Shown: one piece after another, positions 9,717 to 18,684 of the stretch | Layout of the letters: each line of letters begins with the position of its first letter | How positions within the stretch are numbered: position 1 is the stretch's first letter | NCBI GenBank assembly: GCA_963666215.2 | Contig: CAXWPL010000005.1 | Coordinates: 96,001 to 160,000, forward strand | DNA from: Acidobacteriota bacterium | GTDB taxonomy: Bacteria > Acidobacteriota > UBA890 > WLXD01 | Length of the DNA stretch: 64,000 nucleotides | Reading direction: 5' to 3' | Position numbers and translations under genes: made by a program | Notes under the pieces: generated by a model | Database searches by the model: none | The model's input: the letters and a program-made list of their open reading frames with translations, nothing else | Told to the model about the DNA's origin: nothing

Positions 9717-12700
9717 CTAGCGCCTGCCACCCGGAGCATCTGGGCTGTTCAAGGCTGCAATGAGGTCGTCGAGCTCGGCCGCCAGCTCCGCGTGCCGGGC
9801 GCGCGCGTCGTGTCCAGGCGCTTGATCTGCCTGGTTGAGGTTTTGATACAGGTAGGAGAGCTGGTCTACGAGCATCGGCGGCGAGTACCGAATGGACGCC
9901 GTAATCAGCGCGTCGTGAATCCGCTGCAGGCGTGGGGACGGCGACACGCCGCCCGCGTCGGCAACCCGCTGTTTCACTTCCTCGGCCGCATGACGGGCGC
10001 GAGAGAGTGCGTCGCGGACCTGTAGCGAGAACTCCGTCTGCTCGGCCACCGCCGCCACCGAGACGCCACTGGCCGTCACTCGAGGATCCATCATCACCTC
10101 CACCGATCGCTCGAGCTGGCTGCCGGCGACGGTAAGCCGCACGCTGTAGGTGCCCGGCGGAACCAAGGGGCCACCGCGTCCAGCTCGCCGTTCGTCGGCG
10201 TCCCAGGCGCCCGCATAGCGCAGATCCCAGACGAAGCGATTCATTCCGGCAGCGCTGGGAAGTCGCGGCGTTCCGAGACTCTCGAGACGTGGCCCACGCA
10301 TTCCTGGCTCGGCTGGCTCAACAACGCTCTCCGCGTCCGAGTCGGCGACGTCACTCGAGAAGGCACGCACAAGGCGTCCTCGAGGATCGAAGATCTCGAG
10401 CTCGATGCGACCCTCCGCCTCGGCTGCGAGGTAGTAGTCAACCGTCGCCCCGAGGGGCGCATATTCGGGCTCGTGTGGCGCAGGCTCACGAGAACCACCG
10501 AAACCGCCGCCTCGTATCCGCAGCGCCGGTCGCGCCTCGAATAGATGCACCGCGCGGGTGGCGAGGTCAGCGGTGGCCTCATGCAGCGGAGTCAGATTGT
10601 CGAGAATCCAGAATCCGCGGCCCATCGTCGAGAGCACGAGGTCGCGGTGCACAACCTTCATGTCGGTAATCGGTGTCACCGGCAGGTTCAGCTGTAGCGA
10701 CTGCCAGTTGCTACCGTTGTCGAACGACAGGAAGACGCCGAATTCGGTACCCGCATAGAGCAGGCCGGCACGATCGGGATCCTCGCGCACCACGTGTACC
10801 GGGTGATCGTCGGGGATCCCGTTGGTCCCCGGAGTCAGCAACGTCCAGCTCGCCCCGTAGTCGTCGGTTCGAAAGGCGTACGGTCGGAAATCGCCGAGCT
10901 GGTAGCGCAGAATCGAGACGAAGGCAGTGGCTGCGTTGTGCGGCGAGACCTCGATCGTTTGCACCCGCCCGAAGCGCTCGATATCGGGAGGCGTTACGTT
11001 CGTCCAGTCGACCCCACCGTTGCGGGTGACGTGCACCGGGCCATCGTTGGCACCGGCCCAGATGACGCCAGGCTCGTGTGGCGACTCCTGGATGTCGTAG
11101 AGCACGCTGAAGTGCTCCTCGCCCGTTACATCTCGCGTGATGGGCTCGCCGGACGCCACCTGGGTCTCGGGTGCGAACTCGGTGAGGTCGGGTGAGATCT
11201 GGCGCCAGGTCTTGCCGCCGTCGTCGGTCACGTGGACATACTGCGAGCCGTGGTAAACGCGCGTCGAGCTGTGCGGCGACACGTGCACCGGCGCGACCCG
11301 TTGGAAGCGATACGGCAGATCCTTCGGGTTGCGACCGTAGAGATTCCAGAAGCCCACGTAGTACTGCTGCTCCTGTCCGGTGCGGCGGTCGTATACCCCG
11401 AAGCGGCCCTTGCAGTTGGCGTAGACGATGTCGGGGTCGCCCGGCTTCGGAACCGCCGGGCCGGTCTCGCAGCCGCCGTGCTCCTCCCAATAGGCGCTGT
11501 GACCACCGGGGCGACCACTCAGCGCCATGCTCGGCACCGAGATCGTCGTGTTGTCCTGCTGGCCGGCATAGAGGCGGTAGGGGAACTCGTCGCTGACGTC
11601 GACCTGGTACAGCTCCGCCGTAGGTTGATTGTGCTGTGTGGACCAAGTGCTACCGCCGTCCCGGGTGACATTGGCGCCGCCGTCGTTGGACTGCACGAAC
11701 AGGTCCGGGTCGTCAGGGTTGATCCACATGTCGTGGTTGTCGCCGTGCGGCACACGGCTGCTGTTCCACGTCTCGCCACCGTCCTCCGACTTCCAGAACC
11801 CCTCTGCCATGCCCCAAAGAATGTCAGGATCGCCCGGATGCGCCTCGAGGTTGGTGTAGTAGAAGGCGCGGTTGCGAATCGGCTGAAAGTCGGTGACCTG
11901 CCTCCAGCTGGCGCCGCGGTCGTCCGAGCGGTAGACGCCACCCTCGCTGCCCGGAGCCTCCATCAGCACGTACACCCGGTCGGGATCCGCCGCGGACACC
12001 GCCAGATCGGCCTTGCCGCGCAGCCCACCTGGCAGCCCGTTCGTGAGCTGGGCCCAGGTCGCGCCACCATCCGCCGACTTGTAGACGCCGCCCTCCGTGC
12101 CGCCGCTGATGATCGTCCAGGGCTTACGCTCGGCGCGCCACATCGTGGCGTAGATCTCGTCGGGGTTGTCGGGGGCGAACTCGAGGTCAACGGCGCCGGT
12201 TTGCGCCGACACGAACAGAACCTTGGCCCAGCTGGCTCCGCCGTCCGTGCTGCGGTAAACGCCGCGCTCCGGGTTCGGCGCAAACGGGTTGCCAATTGCC
12301 GCTACCCACAACCGATCGGGGTCGGTCGGGTGAATGAGCACCGCGCCGATGTTGCCCACGGCCTCGAGACCGACGTGGCGCCAGCTCTTGCCAGCATCGA
12401 TCGACTTGTATACGCCCTTGCCGATGATGACGTTGGAGCGCAGCCCATCCGACCCCGTCCCGACAACGACGATCTGCGAGTCGGAATCGGCAACGCGGAT
12501 CGCGCCAATCGAGCCGGTGGCGAAGAAACCGTCGGAAATCGGCAACCAGCTGCTGCCGTAGTCGCTCGTCTTCCAAACACCACCGCCCGTGGACCCGGCA
12601 TAGAACACCCCGGGGGTGGCGCGGTGACCGGCAACAGCGGTTACACGCCCACCACGAGACGGACCGACCATGCGATAGCGAAGGCTCGACCAAAGGCCCG

Positions 12701-12998
12701 GGTCGGGAGCAAACACCCCGGGGGTGGCGCGGTGACCGGCAACAGCGGTTACACGCCCACCACGAGACGGACCGACCATGCGATAGCGAAGGCTCGACCA
12801 AAGGCCCGGGTCGGGAGCGGCGCCGAGCTCAGCAGCGCCGTATCGGCGCGAAGCGCTCTCCACCTCCCCTTCGGCGCGCTGCGCACCCTGTACCGGGACT
12901 CCGCCAGCTCCGACAATGATTGCGACGGCAACGGCTACTCCAGGCAGTCTGGAAGCCGGAGCCGGGGGAACAACATGACCGATCGATTTGCGCCGCAT
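9717..12998 (-). CDS. Large secreted BNR/VPS10 (sortilin-like) beta-propeller glycosyl hydrolase
   Basis: AGGAGG RBS, signal peptide, many Asp-box repeats (SxDGGxxW), RYRMVGPSRGGRVTAVAG, HGDNHDMWINP. Contains a 36-aa tandem duplication. Confidence 0.88.
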   Translation of the reverse strand: MRRKSIGHVVPPAPASRLPGVAVAVAIIVGAGGVPVQGAQRAEGEVESASRRYGAAELGAAPDPGLWSSLRYRMVGPSRGGRVTAVAGHRATPGVFAPDPGLWSSLRYRMVGPSRGGRVTAVAGHRATPGVFYAGSTGGGVWKTSDYGSSWLPISDGFFATGSIGAIRVADSDSQIVVVGTGSDGLRSNVIIGKGVYKSIDAGKSWRHVGLEAVGNIGAVLIHPTDPDRLWVAAIGNPFAPNPERGVYRSTDGGASWAKVLFVSAQTGAVDLEFAPDNPDEIYATMWRAERKPWTIISGGTEGGVYKSADGGATWAQLTNGLPGGLRGKADLAVSAADPDRVYVLMEAPGSEGGVYRSDDRGASWRQVTDFQPIRNRAFYYTNLEAHPGDPDILWGMAEGFWKSEDGGETWNSSRVPHGDNHDMWINPDDPDLFVQSNDGGANVTRDGGSTWSTQHNQPTAELYQVDVSDEFPYRLYAGQQDNTTISVPSMALSGRPGGHSAYWEEHGGCETGPAVPKPGDPDIVYANCKGRFGVYDRRTGQEQQYYVGFWNLYGRNPKDLPYRFQRVAPVHVSPHSSTRVYHGSQYVHVTDDGGKTWRQISPDLTEFAPETQVASGEPITRDVTGEEHFSVLYDIQESPHEPGVIWAGANDGPVHVTRNGGVDWTNVTPPDIERFGRVQTIEVSPHNAATAFVSILRYQLGDFRPYAFRTDDYGASWTLLTPGTNGIPDDHPVHVVREDPDRAGLLYAGTEFGVFLSFDNGSNWQSLQLNLPVTPITDMKVVHRDLVLSTMGRGFWILDNLTPLHEATADLATRAVHLFEARPALRIRGGGFGGSREPAPHEPEYAPLGATVDYYLAAEAEGRIELEIFDPRGRLVRAFSSDVADSDAESVVEPAEPGMRGPRLESLGTPRLPSAAGMNRFVWDLRYAGAWDADERRAGRGGPLVPPGTYSVRLTVAGSQLERSVEVMMDPRVTASGVSVAAVAEQTEFSLQVRDALSRARHAAEEVKQRVADAGGVSPSPRLQRIHDALITASIRYSPPMLVDQLSYLYQNLNQADQAPGHDARARHAELAAELDDLIAALNSPDAPGGRR
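12604..12818. repeat. Perfect tandem duplication, 108-nt period (2 copies)
   Basis: 12604-12710 is identical to 12712-12818; encodes APDPGLWSSLRYRMVGPSRGGRVTAVAGHRATPGVF twice in frame. Confidence 0.95.
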
Positions 12999-13225
12999 GC
13001 AACAACCTCCTAGGCGGAAAGGAACGGCGTCAATCTACAGACGTAGCCGAAGCTGGGCAACGCGCCGGCGACGCCGAAAGAGTGGTGGTCGTAACGGCTG
13101 ACGATCCATGCCGGGTGGCCGAGATCCCACGGCGACGGATTCAACGGAATCGCGCTTAGCTGTCTTATAGGGATTAAATCTATGATTTCAGGCTGTTTTA
13201 CATGATCTGAGATCTCGTGCGATTT

Positions 13226-13273
13226 GTCTTTTTGTTCAAGCAAGTATTGCTATGCTTGAATAGTCAAAAAGAC
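13226..13273. promoter_or_regulatory. Long imperfect inverted repeat in an AT-rich intergenic island
   Basis: GTCTTTTTG-TTCAAGCA-N10-TGCTTGAA-tagt-CAAAAAGAC. IHF-like TAA-ATCT-ATGATT at 13175-13187 (one mismatch to YAANNNNTTGATW). Confidence 0.45.
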
Positions 13274-13308
13274 GCGATTCGGGACCGGGAAGACAGACCT
13301 GCGAGCGG

Positions 13309-13460
13309 GTGGGTGAGCTCGCGCATTCACTGAAGTCGAGCAGCGCCAACCTGAGGGCCGCGCGGCTAGCCGAGCTCTGCGGCAACCTCGCGTACTCCGC
13401 GCAGCACCGGCGAAGGGAGCCGGTCTCGATGACCCTTGACTCACTCGTCGACAAGTGCGG
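13309..13460 (+). pseudogene. Hpt (histidine phosphotransfer) domain fragment
   Basis: ELAHSLKSSSANLRAARLAELC matches the Hpt AHxLKSSS(A)NLGA motif. No upstream kinase body. Confidence 0.6.
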
Positions 13461-13511
13461 TTCCGCTCGACCCGCCCAACGACCTTCGAAGACGCGCCGC
13501 GTAGCCCTGAC

Positions 13512-14292
13512 ATGCGCTCACAGAACAAAGATCAGCCGCTGGTGCTGATCGCCGACCGCGATCCATCCGTCCGACGACTGGGACGCGAGGCGCTGGCCAG
13601 CGTCGGGCTGCGCACGGTCGTCGCCGCCGACGGACCAGAAGTGCTGGCCCGGCTTGACGACGAACAGCCCGAGATCGTCCTCCTCGACGCTGACATGCCA
13701 GGTGCCGACGGCTTCGAGCTGTGCCGTCGGCTGCGTGGCGATCCCCGCCATTCGGAAACACCGATTCTCATGCTTACCGGTCTGTCGGACGCTGCCTCGA
13801 TCGACCACGCCTATGACCTCGGAGCCACCGACCTCATTACGAAGCCGGTCAACTGGGTCGTTCTGGCGCGACGCGTCCGTTGTGTACTACGTGCGCAACG
13901 CGCACGTGTCGATCTTGCCCGCAAGGGGGCGCACCTGCAGCACGCCCAGCGAATCGCGCGCGTGGGGTACTGGGAAAGCGAGCGTATGGCCGAGATGACC
14001 TTCTCGGACGAGTTCCTCGAGCTCGTGCCGCTGCCGTAGGAGGCCGGAGTACGCGGCTTTGCCGAGTACCTCGAGCGTGTTTCCCCGGACGATCGCAAGA
14101 AGGTCGAAGGCAGACGGCGTAGAGCATTCGGCTCCGGCGCGGCGTACACGATCCACTACCAGATCACCGACGCGGACGGCCAGGAGCGCTTCGTCGTCGA
14201 GCAGGCCGAGGTCGAACGCGGCGCCCGCAAGTCCGACGCCAAGATCGTGGGTACGATCCAGGATGTCACCGAGCGCCGACAGATCGACGCTG
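13512..14292 (+). pseudogene. Response regulator REC + PAS/PAC protein, in-frame amber stop, truncated after PAC
   Basis: REC: IVLLDADMPGADGFELC...LMLTG...TKPVNW. TAG at 14037-14039, then the same frame continues EYLERVSPDDR...YTIHYQITDADGQERFV...GTIQDVTERRQ. No output domain. Confidence 0.8.
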
Positions 14293-14744
14293 CGCTGCAT
14301 CCAACCCCGCTGCCCAGGGCGGCGAGTAAAATCGAGCACAACACTGCCGTACTCGTCAGCGGCTCGTGGGTCGACCGGCGAGACCAGAACGTTGAATTGA
14401 ACCGGCACCTGAGCTCCGTCGCCGATTCCCATCGCCAGGTCGAGACGGCCGTCAACTGGAATTGCGAGCTCGAAGATCAGACGCGCGGGAGTGACGACTT
14501 GGATCGCTCGCCGATGGACGCGTCCGCGCACTTCGCTGACCACGAACGGCGCGGAGTCGGGCAGCTCCGGGTTGTGGTATTCGACCTCGTCCAATAGCTC
14601 GTCGAGATGGGTAGGAGCGTGCTCCTCGAGCGTCGACCGACTCGGCACCGTGGGCGCTGAGCAACCGATGGCCAGGCCAGCCAGGCCAGCCAGAACGGCG
14701 GCGAATCGTCGGCAAACGAGCGAGATCAAAGGACGAGGAATCAT
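14268..14744 (-). pseudogene. 5' fragment of a lipoprotein resembling the N-terminal region of sulfatase-like proteins
   Basis: MIPRPL...LAGLAIGC lipobox; LIFELAIPVDGRLDLAMG...VQFNVLV...GWMQRSVDLSALG; downstream sequence is the antisense of the PAS gene. Family assignment is tentative. Confidence 0.5.
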
Positions 14745-14848
14745 GCTGCTGCGGATGATAGCAGCCGGCCCTGTGGCCGTTCGGCGGCCGGCCGAGCTGG
14801 ATCGGGCGACTTGCAAGTTGGCCTGGCGACCGATTAGTTGTCTGGTCG

Positions 14849-15637
14849 ATGAGGCTAGCAACGTGGAACATCAACGGCCTGCGGGCGCGGCTCGATTTCG
14901 TCCTTCACTGGCTGGCGGCACGCGAACCGGACGTGGTCGGGCTGCAAGAGCTCAAGCTGCCCAACGATCAGTTCCCGCATATGGCGTTCGAAGCGCTCGG
15001 GTATCAGGCGATCGTTCACGGCCAGAAGGCGTGGAACGGAGTGGCAGTGCTCAGCCGTCAACCAGCCGAGCAGCTGCAGGCGGGGCTTCCGGGCCAAGCC
15101 GAGGCCGGCGCTCGCCTGCTGACTGTACGCGTGGGCGGGATCGACTTCACGACCGTCTACTGCCCCAACGGCAAGAACATCGATCACCCTGACTTCCCTC
15201 GGAAATTGGCGTGGTTCGACGCGCTCGACGCCCATTTCGAAGCTCGGCTAGCCTCCGCAGACAGCACGGCAGCCTCGGTGTTGTGCGGCGACTTCAATAT
15301 CTGCCCGGCCGCGATCGACTCCTGGAATCCAGAGCGGATGCAGGGACACATCTTCCACACCGAGGCCGAGCGCGAACGCTTCGACCGGCTCGTGAGCCGC
15401 GGCCTCGCCGACATCTTCAGAACGCGTCACCCACAGGAACGGTTGTTCTCCTGGTGGGATTACCGAGGCGGAGCGTTCCACCGCAAGATGGGACTGCGAA
15501 TCGACCTGATTCTCGGCACCTCGAATGTCGCCGAGCGTACGCGCGAGATCTGGATCGACCGCGAGTACCGCAAAAAACAAGATGGCATGACCGCCTCCGA
15601 TCACGCGCCGGTGATTCTCGATCTCGACGACGCGTAG
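14849..15637 (+). CDS. xth: Exodeoxyribonuclease III
   Basis: ATWNINGLRAR, GLQELK, WNGVAVLS, VYCPNG, LCGDFNI, FSWWDYR, GLRIDLIL, SDHAPV. Confidence 0.95.
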   Translation: MRLATWNINGLRARLDFVLHWLAAREPDVVGLQELKLPNDQFPHMAFEALGYQAIVHGQKAWNGVAVLSRQPAEQLQAGLPGQAEAGARLLTVRVGGIDFTTVYCPNGKNIDHPDFPRKLAWFDALDAHFEARLASADSTAASVLCGDFNICPAAIDSWNPERMQGHIFHTEAERERFDRLVSRGLADIFRTRHPQERLFSWWDYRGGAFHRKMGLRIDLILGTSNVAERTREIWIDREYRKKQDGMTASDHAPVILDLDDA

Positions 15638-15669
15638 CCGCTCCCCCGGAGCGGGCGGCGCGCAGAAAG

Positions 15670-15742
15670 TGCCCTCGCCAGGACTCGAACCTGGGCACCC
15701 GGCTTAGGAGGCCAGTGCTCTATCCACCTGAGCTACGAGGGC
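15670..15742 (-). tRNA. tRNA-Arg(CCT)
   Basis: GCCCTCGTAGCTCAGGTGGATAGAGCACTGGCCTCCTAAGCCGGGTGCCCAGGTTCGAGTCCTGGCGAGGGCA; anticodon loop CT-CCT-AA; CCA not encoded. Confidence 0.95.
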
Positions 15743-15845
15743 AACGGCACCGGTCGAGCAGCGCCGGGGCCAAGTCTATCTGGGTCGGCGCGAGCCGGCG
15801 GGTCGATCGCAAAGGGTGGGACGCTGGAGAGGTGACCTTCCGGAT

Positions 15846-16163
15846 TCACCGCAGTGCCCCGGCGCGGTGCACCAGCCGGTGGCGGTGCCGCGAGTCCGCC
15901 AGACCCACTCCGATCTCACGCCAGCGCCGCTCGGCAACGGCGGCGGTCGGCGCCGGGGGTGGCCTGTAGCCCAGGAGGTACGAGGCGCGGATTGTTGCGA
16001 GTGCGCTGCGGTAAGGCGTCACGAATGTCCTCGGCGTCGGTCTCTCTTGCGGCGGCGGCCCCCCAGCCGCCCGCGCCAGCGGCAGCCATACCAAGCCGAT
16101 CGAGAGGGCGGTCAGGAGGAGGGCCGGCAACAGCACCGCCTCGGGTCGCGTAACGCGCCTCAC
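15846..16163 (-). pseudogene. Remnant of an Acidobacteria-type VWA protein (signal peptide fused to C-terminal end)
   Basis: LLPALLLTALSIGLVWLPLARA...QERPTPRTFVT joined to YRSALATIRASYLLGYRP...RWREIGV...RLVHRAG, resembling the YLLGYxP...WRxIxV...RxG tail of these proteins. VWA core absent. Confidence 0.5.
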
Positions 16164-16310
16164 TGGCTTCGCCAAAGCCCTAGACTCCGAGTACCGAGGG
16201 CGCGTGCTACGCGCGAATCGAACGGCCGCGAGCTCGACCGTTAGTTTTCGAGCATATCGGCTGCCAACGGTGGCCACGAACACGTGACAACTGCGATCGA
16301 CGGAGCGGGC

Positions 16311-17768
16311 ATGGACACGATCAGCGAGAACGACTCGACGATCCTCATCCTGTTGCCCACGAATACCTACCGCGCCACCGACCTCCTGAACGCTGCGGCG
16401 GCAGTGGCGGCCAAGCAGGCGCTGCGGGTCCTCGTGGGCTGCGATCGCCGGCAGGCGCTCGAGGGGGAGACCCCCGAATCGACCGTGACGCTCGCTTTCG
16501 ACGAGCCGGAGATCGCCGCGCGACAGGTCGAGGCCATCCATCGGCGCCGCACAATCGCCGCGATTGTCGGTCTCGATGATGAGACCACGGAGCTGGCCGC
16601 ACTGGCTTCGGGGATGATTGGCCTACGGCACAACTCGGTGGAAGCCGTGCGCATCGCCAACAACAAGCTCGCCTTCCGTCACGCGATGCAGATCGCCGGG
16701 CTGCCCGCACCGCGATTCTGGCCTGTCGACATGGAACGTCTGGAGCCGCTCGATGAATTCGCCCGTCTCCGGATTCCCCACTCTATCGAGGACAATCCCG
16801 ATGTCTTCGACGTGCTCGCGCGCGAGGTCTCTTTCCCGTGCATCGTCAAGCCAACATTCCTCTCGGCGTCACGCGGCGTTATCCGCGCCGACGACACAGC
16901 TTCACTCCGCGCCGCCCTCGCGCGTGTCGGTCGACTTCTCTCAGAAGACTCCGTGGCTAGCGCTTGGCGCCGGCAACACGTGGCGACGGAGGAGTGGAAC
17001 CCGAACCTGCCAGCGGCGCCCGTCATGCTGGAGGAGTACATCGATGGCGAGGAACTGGCGCTCGACGGCCTGCTGAACGGAGGCGACCTCCGTGTTCTCG
17101 CGATTTTCGACAAGCCGGACCCTCTGGAGGGGCCCTTCTTCGAGGAGACGATCTACGTCACGCCCTCGCGTCGCTCCACGGCCGACCAGGAACGGATCGT
17201 TGAAGCGGTCTCCGGCGCTGCCGCCGCGATTGGCCTACGTGAGGGGCCGATTCACGCCGAAGTGAGGGTGGCGCGCAAGGCACCGCACAAGACCGCTCAG
17301 ATCACCGTTCTGGAAGTGGCACCAAGATCGATTGGTGGGCTCTGCTCCCGGATGCTGCGCTTCGCTTCGGGCATGTCACAGGAGGAGTTGATCGTGTCGT
17401 GTGCGCTCGACAACCCGGTCGGCGCACACACGGCAGCGCGCGCCGCGAGCCCGGGGGCAGCGTCGGGCGTCATGATGATTCCGATACCCAACGCGGGGCA
17501 CCTACGCGGTGTGACGGGTCTCGAATCGGCACGCCAATTTCCCGGCGTGGAGGAGATCACCATCTCGATCCGAACGGGTCAACGCGTTCGACCGCTCCCC
17601 GAAGGCAACCGGTACCTCGGCTTCATCTTCGTGCGCGCGAACACTCCAGAGGCTGCGGAGGCGTCACTGCGCCGGGCGCATCGTGCCCTCAGGTTCGACA
17701 TCGAGCCGGATACGGCGACGTCGACGAGCTCAGAGGGGCCGGCGGTTCCTTCACCCGACCGCCGCTGA
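16311..17768 (+). CDS. ATP-grasp domain protein (L-amino-acid ligase-like)
   Basis: NKLAFR, FPCIVKPTFLSASRGVIRAD, LEEYIDGEE, IFDKPDPLEGPFFEETIYVTPS, GPIHAEVR, LEVAPRSIGG; GGAG RBS. Confidence 0.85.
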   Translation: MDTISENDSTILILLPTNTYRATDLLNAAAAVAAKQALRVLVGCDRRQALEGETPESTVTLAFDEPEIAARQVEAIHRRRTIAAIVGLDDETTELAALASGMIGLRHNSVEAVRIANNKLAFRHAMQIAGLPAPRFWPVDMERLEPLDEFARLRIPHSIEDNPDVFDVLAREVSFPCIVKPTFLSASRGVIRADDTASLRAALARVGRLLSEDSVASAWRRQHVATEEWNPNLPAAPVMLEEYIDGEELALDGLLNGGDLRVLAIFDKPDPLEGPFFEETIYVTPSRRSTADQERIVEAVSGAAAAIGLREGPIHAEVRVARKAPHKTAQITVLEVAPRSIGGLCSRMLRFASGMSQEELIVSCALDNPVGAHTAARAASPGAASGVMMIPIPNAGHLRGVTGLESARQFPGVEEITISIRTGQRVRPLPEGNRYLGFIFVRANTPEAAEASLRRAHRALRFDIEPDTATSTSSEGPAVPSPDRR

Positions 17769-17819
17769 AGAACGGACCGTTTGGCAAGCCCTGGTAACGC
17801 GACAACGCGCGGCTCGAGC

Positions 17820-18509
17820 TTACTTGGCAGAGCTGTAGTAGGGATTGCTGCCGGCGGCGTGGTCGGTGGTGTCGAGCACCTCGACGATTTCGGGGATCTC
17901 CTGCTTGAGAAGCACTTCGATACCCTGGCGCAGTGTCACGTCGACCATGCCGCACCCCTGACAACCGCCCCCGAGCTTGAGGTAGACGCGCCCGTTGTCG
18001 TAGTCGATCAAAGAGACGTTGCCGCCGTGTGAGGCAACGCCGGGGTTGATGCGCTGGTCGAGCAATTCCTGAATCTGCGCCGCAACCGGGTCGTGCATGA
18101 GCGGCGGCCGGTTCGGATTGTCGACGACGAAACCGGCGCCGCGCACATCTTCGACAAAGTCGACCCTGCTGCCCTCCATGTACGCGAGGCTGAAGCGATC
18201 AACGAGGACCTCCAGCTTCTCCTGAGGGATCAGCGCATCGCCGCTATGCGCGTCGTCGAAGGTGAAGCCGTAATCGAACGAGGCCTTGCCCCCCCCCTGG
18301 ATGTAGATTCGCAGGCGCTTGCCGCTGGCCTCTTCGTGCTGCCCAGCAAACTCGCGGACCTTCGCCATCGCCGCCTGCGTCAGCACCACTGGACGATCGT
18401 CGCGGACTTCGGCCTTCACGCCCGCGCTCGCCGGAGCCGAAGACGCCACCGTCCCGGCTCTGTCTCCATGCCCGTTGCTAGCTGCCTGCTGATGGCCTTC
18501 TACCTTCAT
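17820..18509 (-). CDS. nfuA: NfuA-type Fe-S biogenesis protein (degenerate A-type carrier + NifU domain)
   Basis: N-terminal HesB/IscA-like domain lacking its cysteines; C-terminal INPGVASHGG...LGGGCQGCG, DTTDHAAGSNPYY. Confidence 0.88.
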   Translation of the reverse strand: MKVEGHQQAASNGHGDRAGTVASSAPASAGVKAEVRDDRPVVLTQAAMAKVREFAGQHEEASGKRLRIYIQGGGKASFDYGFTFDDAHSGDALIPQEKLEVLVDRFSLAYMEGSRVDFVEDVRGAGFVVDNPNRPPLMHDPVAAQIQELLDQRINPGVASHGGNVSLIDYDNGRVYLKLGGGCQGCGMVDVTLRQGIEVLLKQEIPEIVEVLDTTDHAAGSNPYYSSAK

Positions 18510-18684
18510 TGTCTACTCCGTCGCATCATGTCGGTTGGCCGACCGCTGGCCTGAGCCTTGGCTCGTTGGAGTGAATCGTACCAGGCTCCAGTCCCCTCCT
18601 TGGGTCGCGCGAGCGAATGCTGCGATGGCCCTCGATCGGCCGCGCTATTCTTGCCTCGGCCGCCCGACTGGCAATCAGGATTCA

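Noticed and set aside
12604-12818. Possible CRISPR or DGR template/variable repeat pair
   Set aside because: Two adjacent identical copies with no spacers, no adenine-specific mismatches, and no cas or reverse transcriptase gene in the window.
14037-14039. Amber readthrough (pyrrolysine or recoding)
   Set aside because: TAG terminates many intact genes here, no pyl genes are visible, and the gene is truncated downstream anyway.
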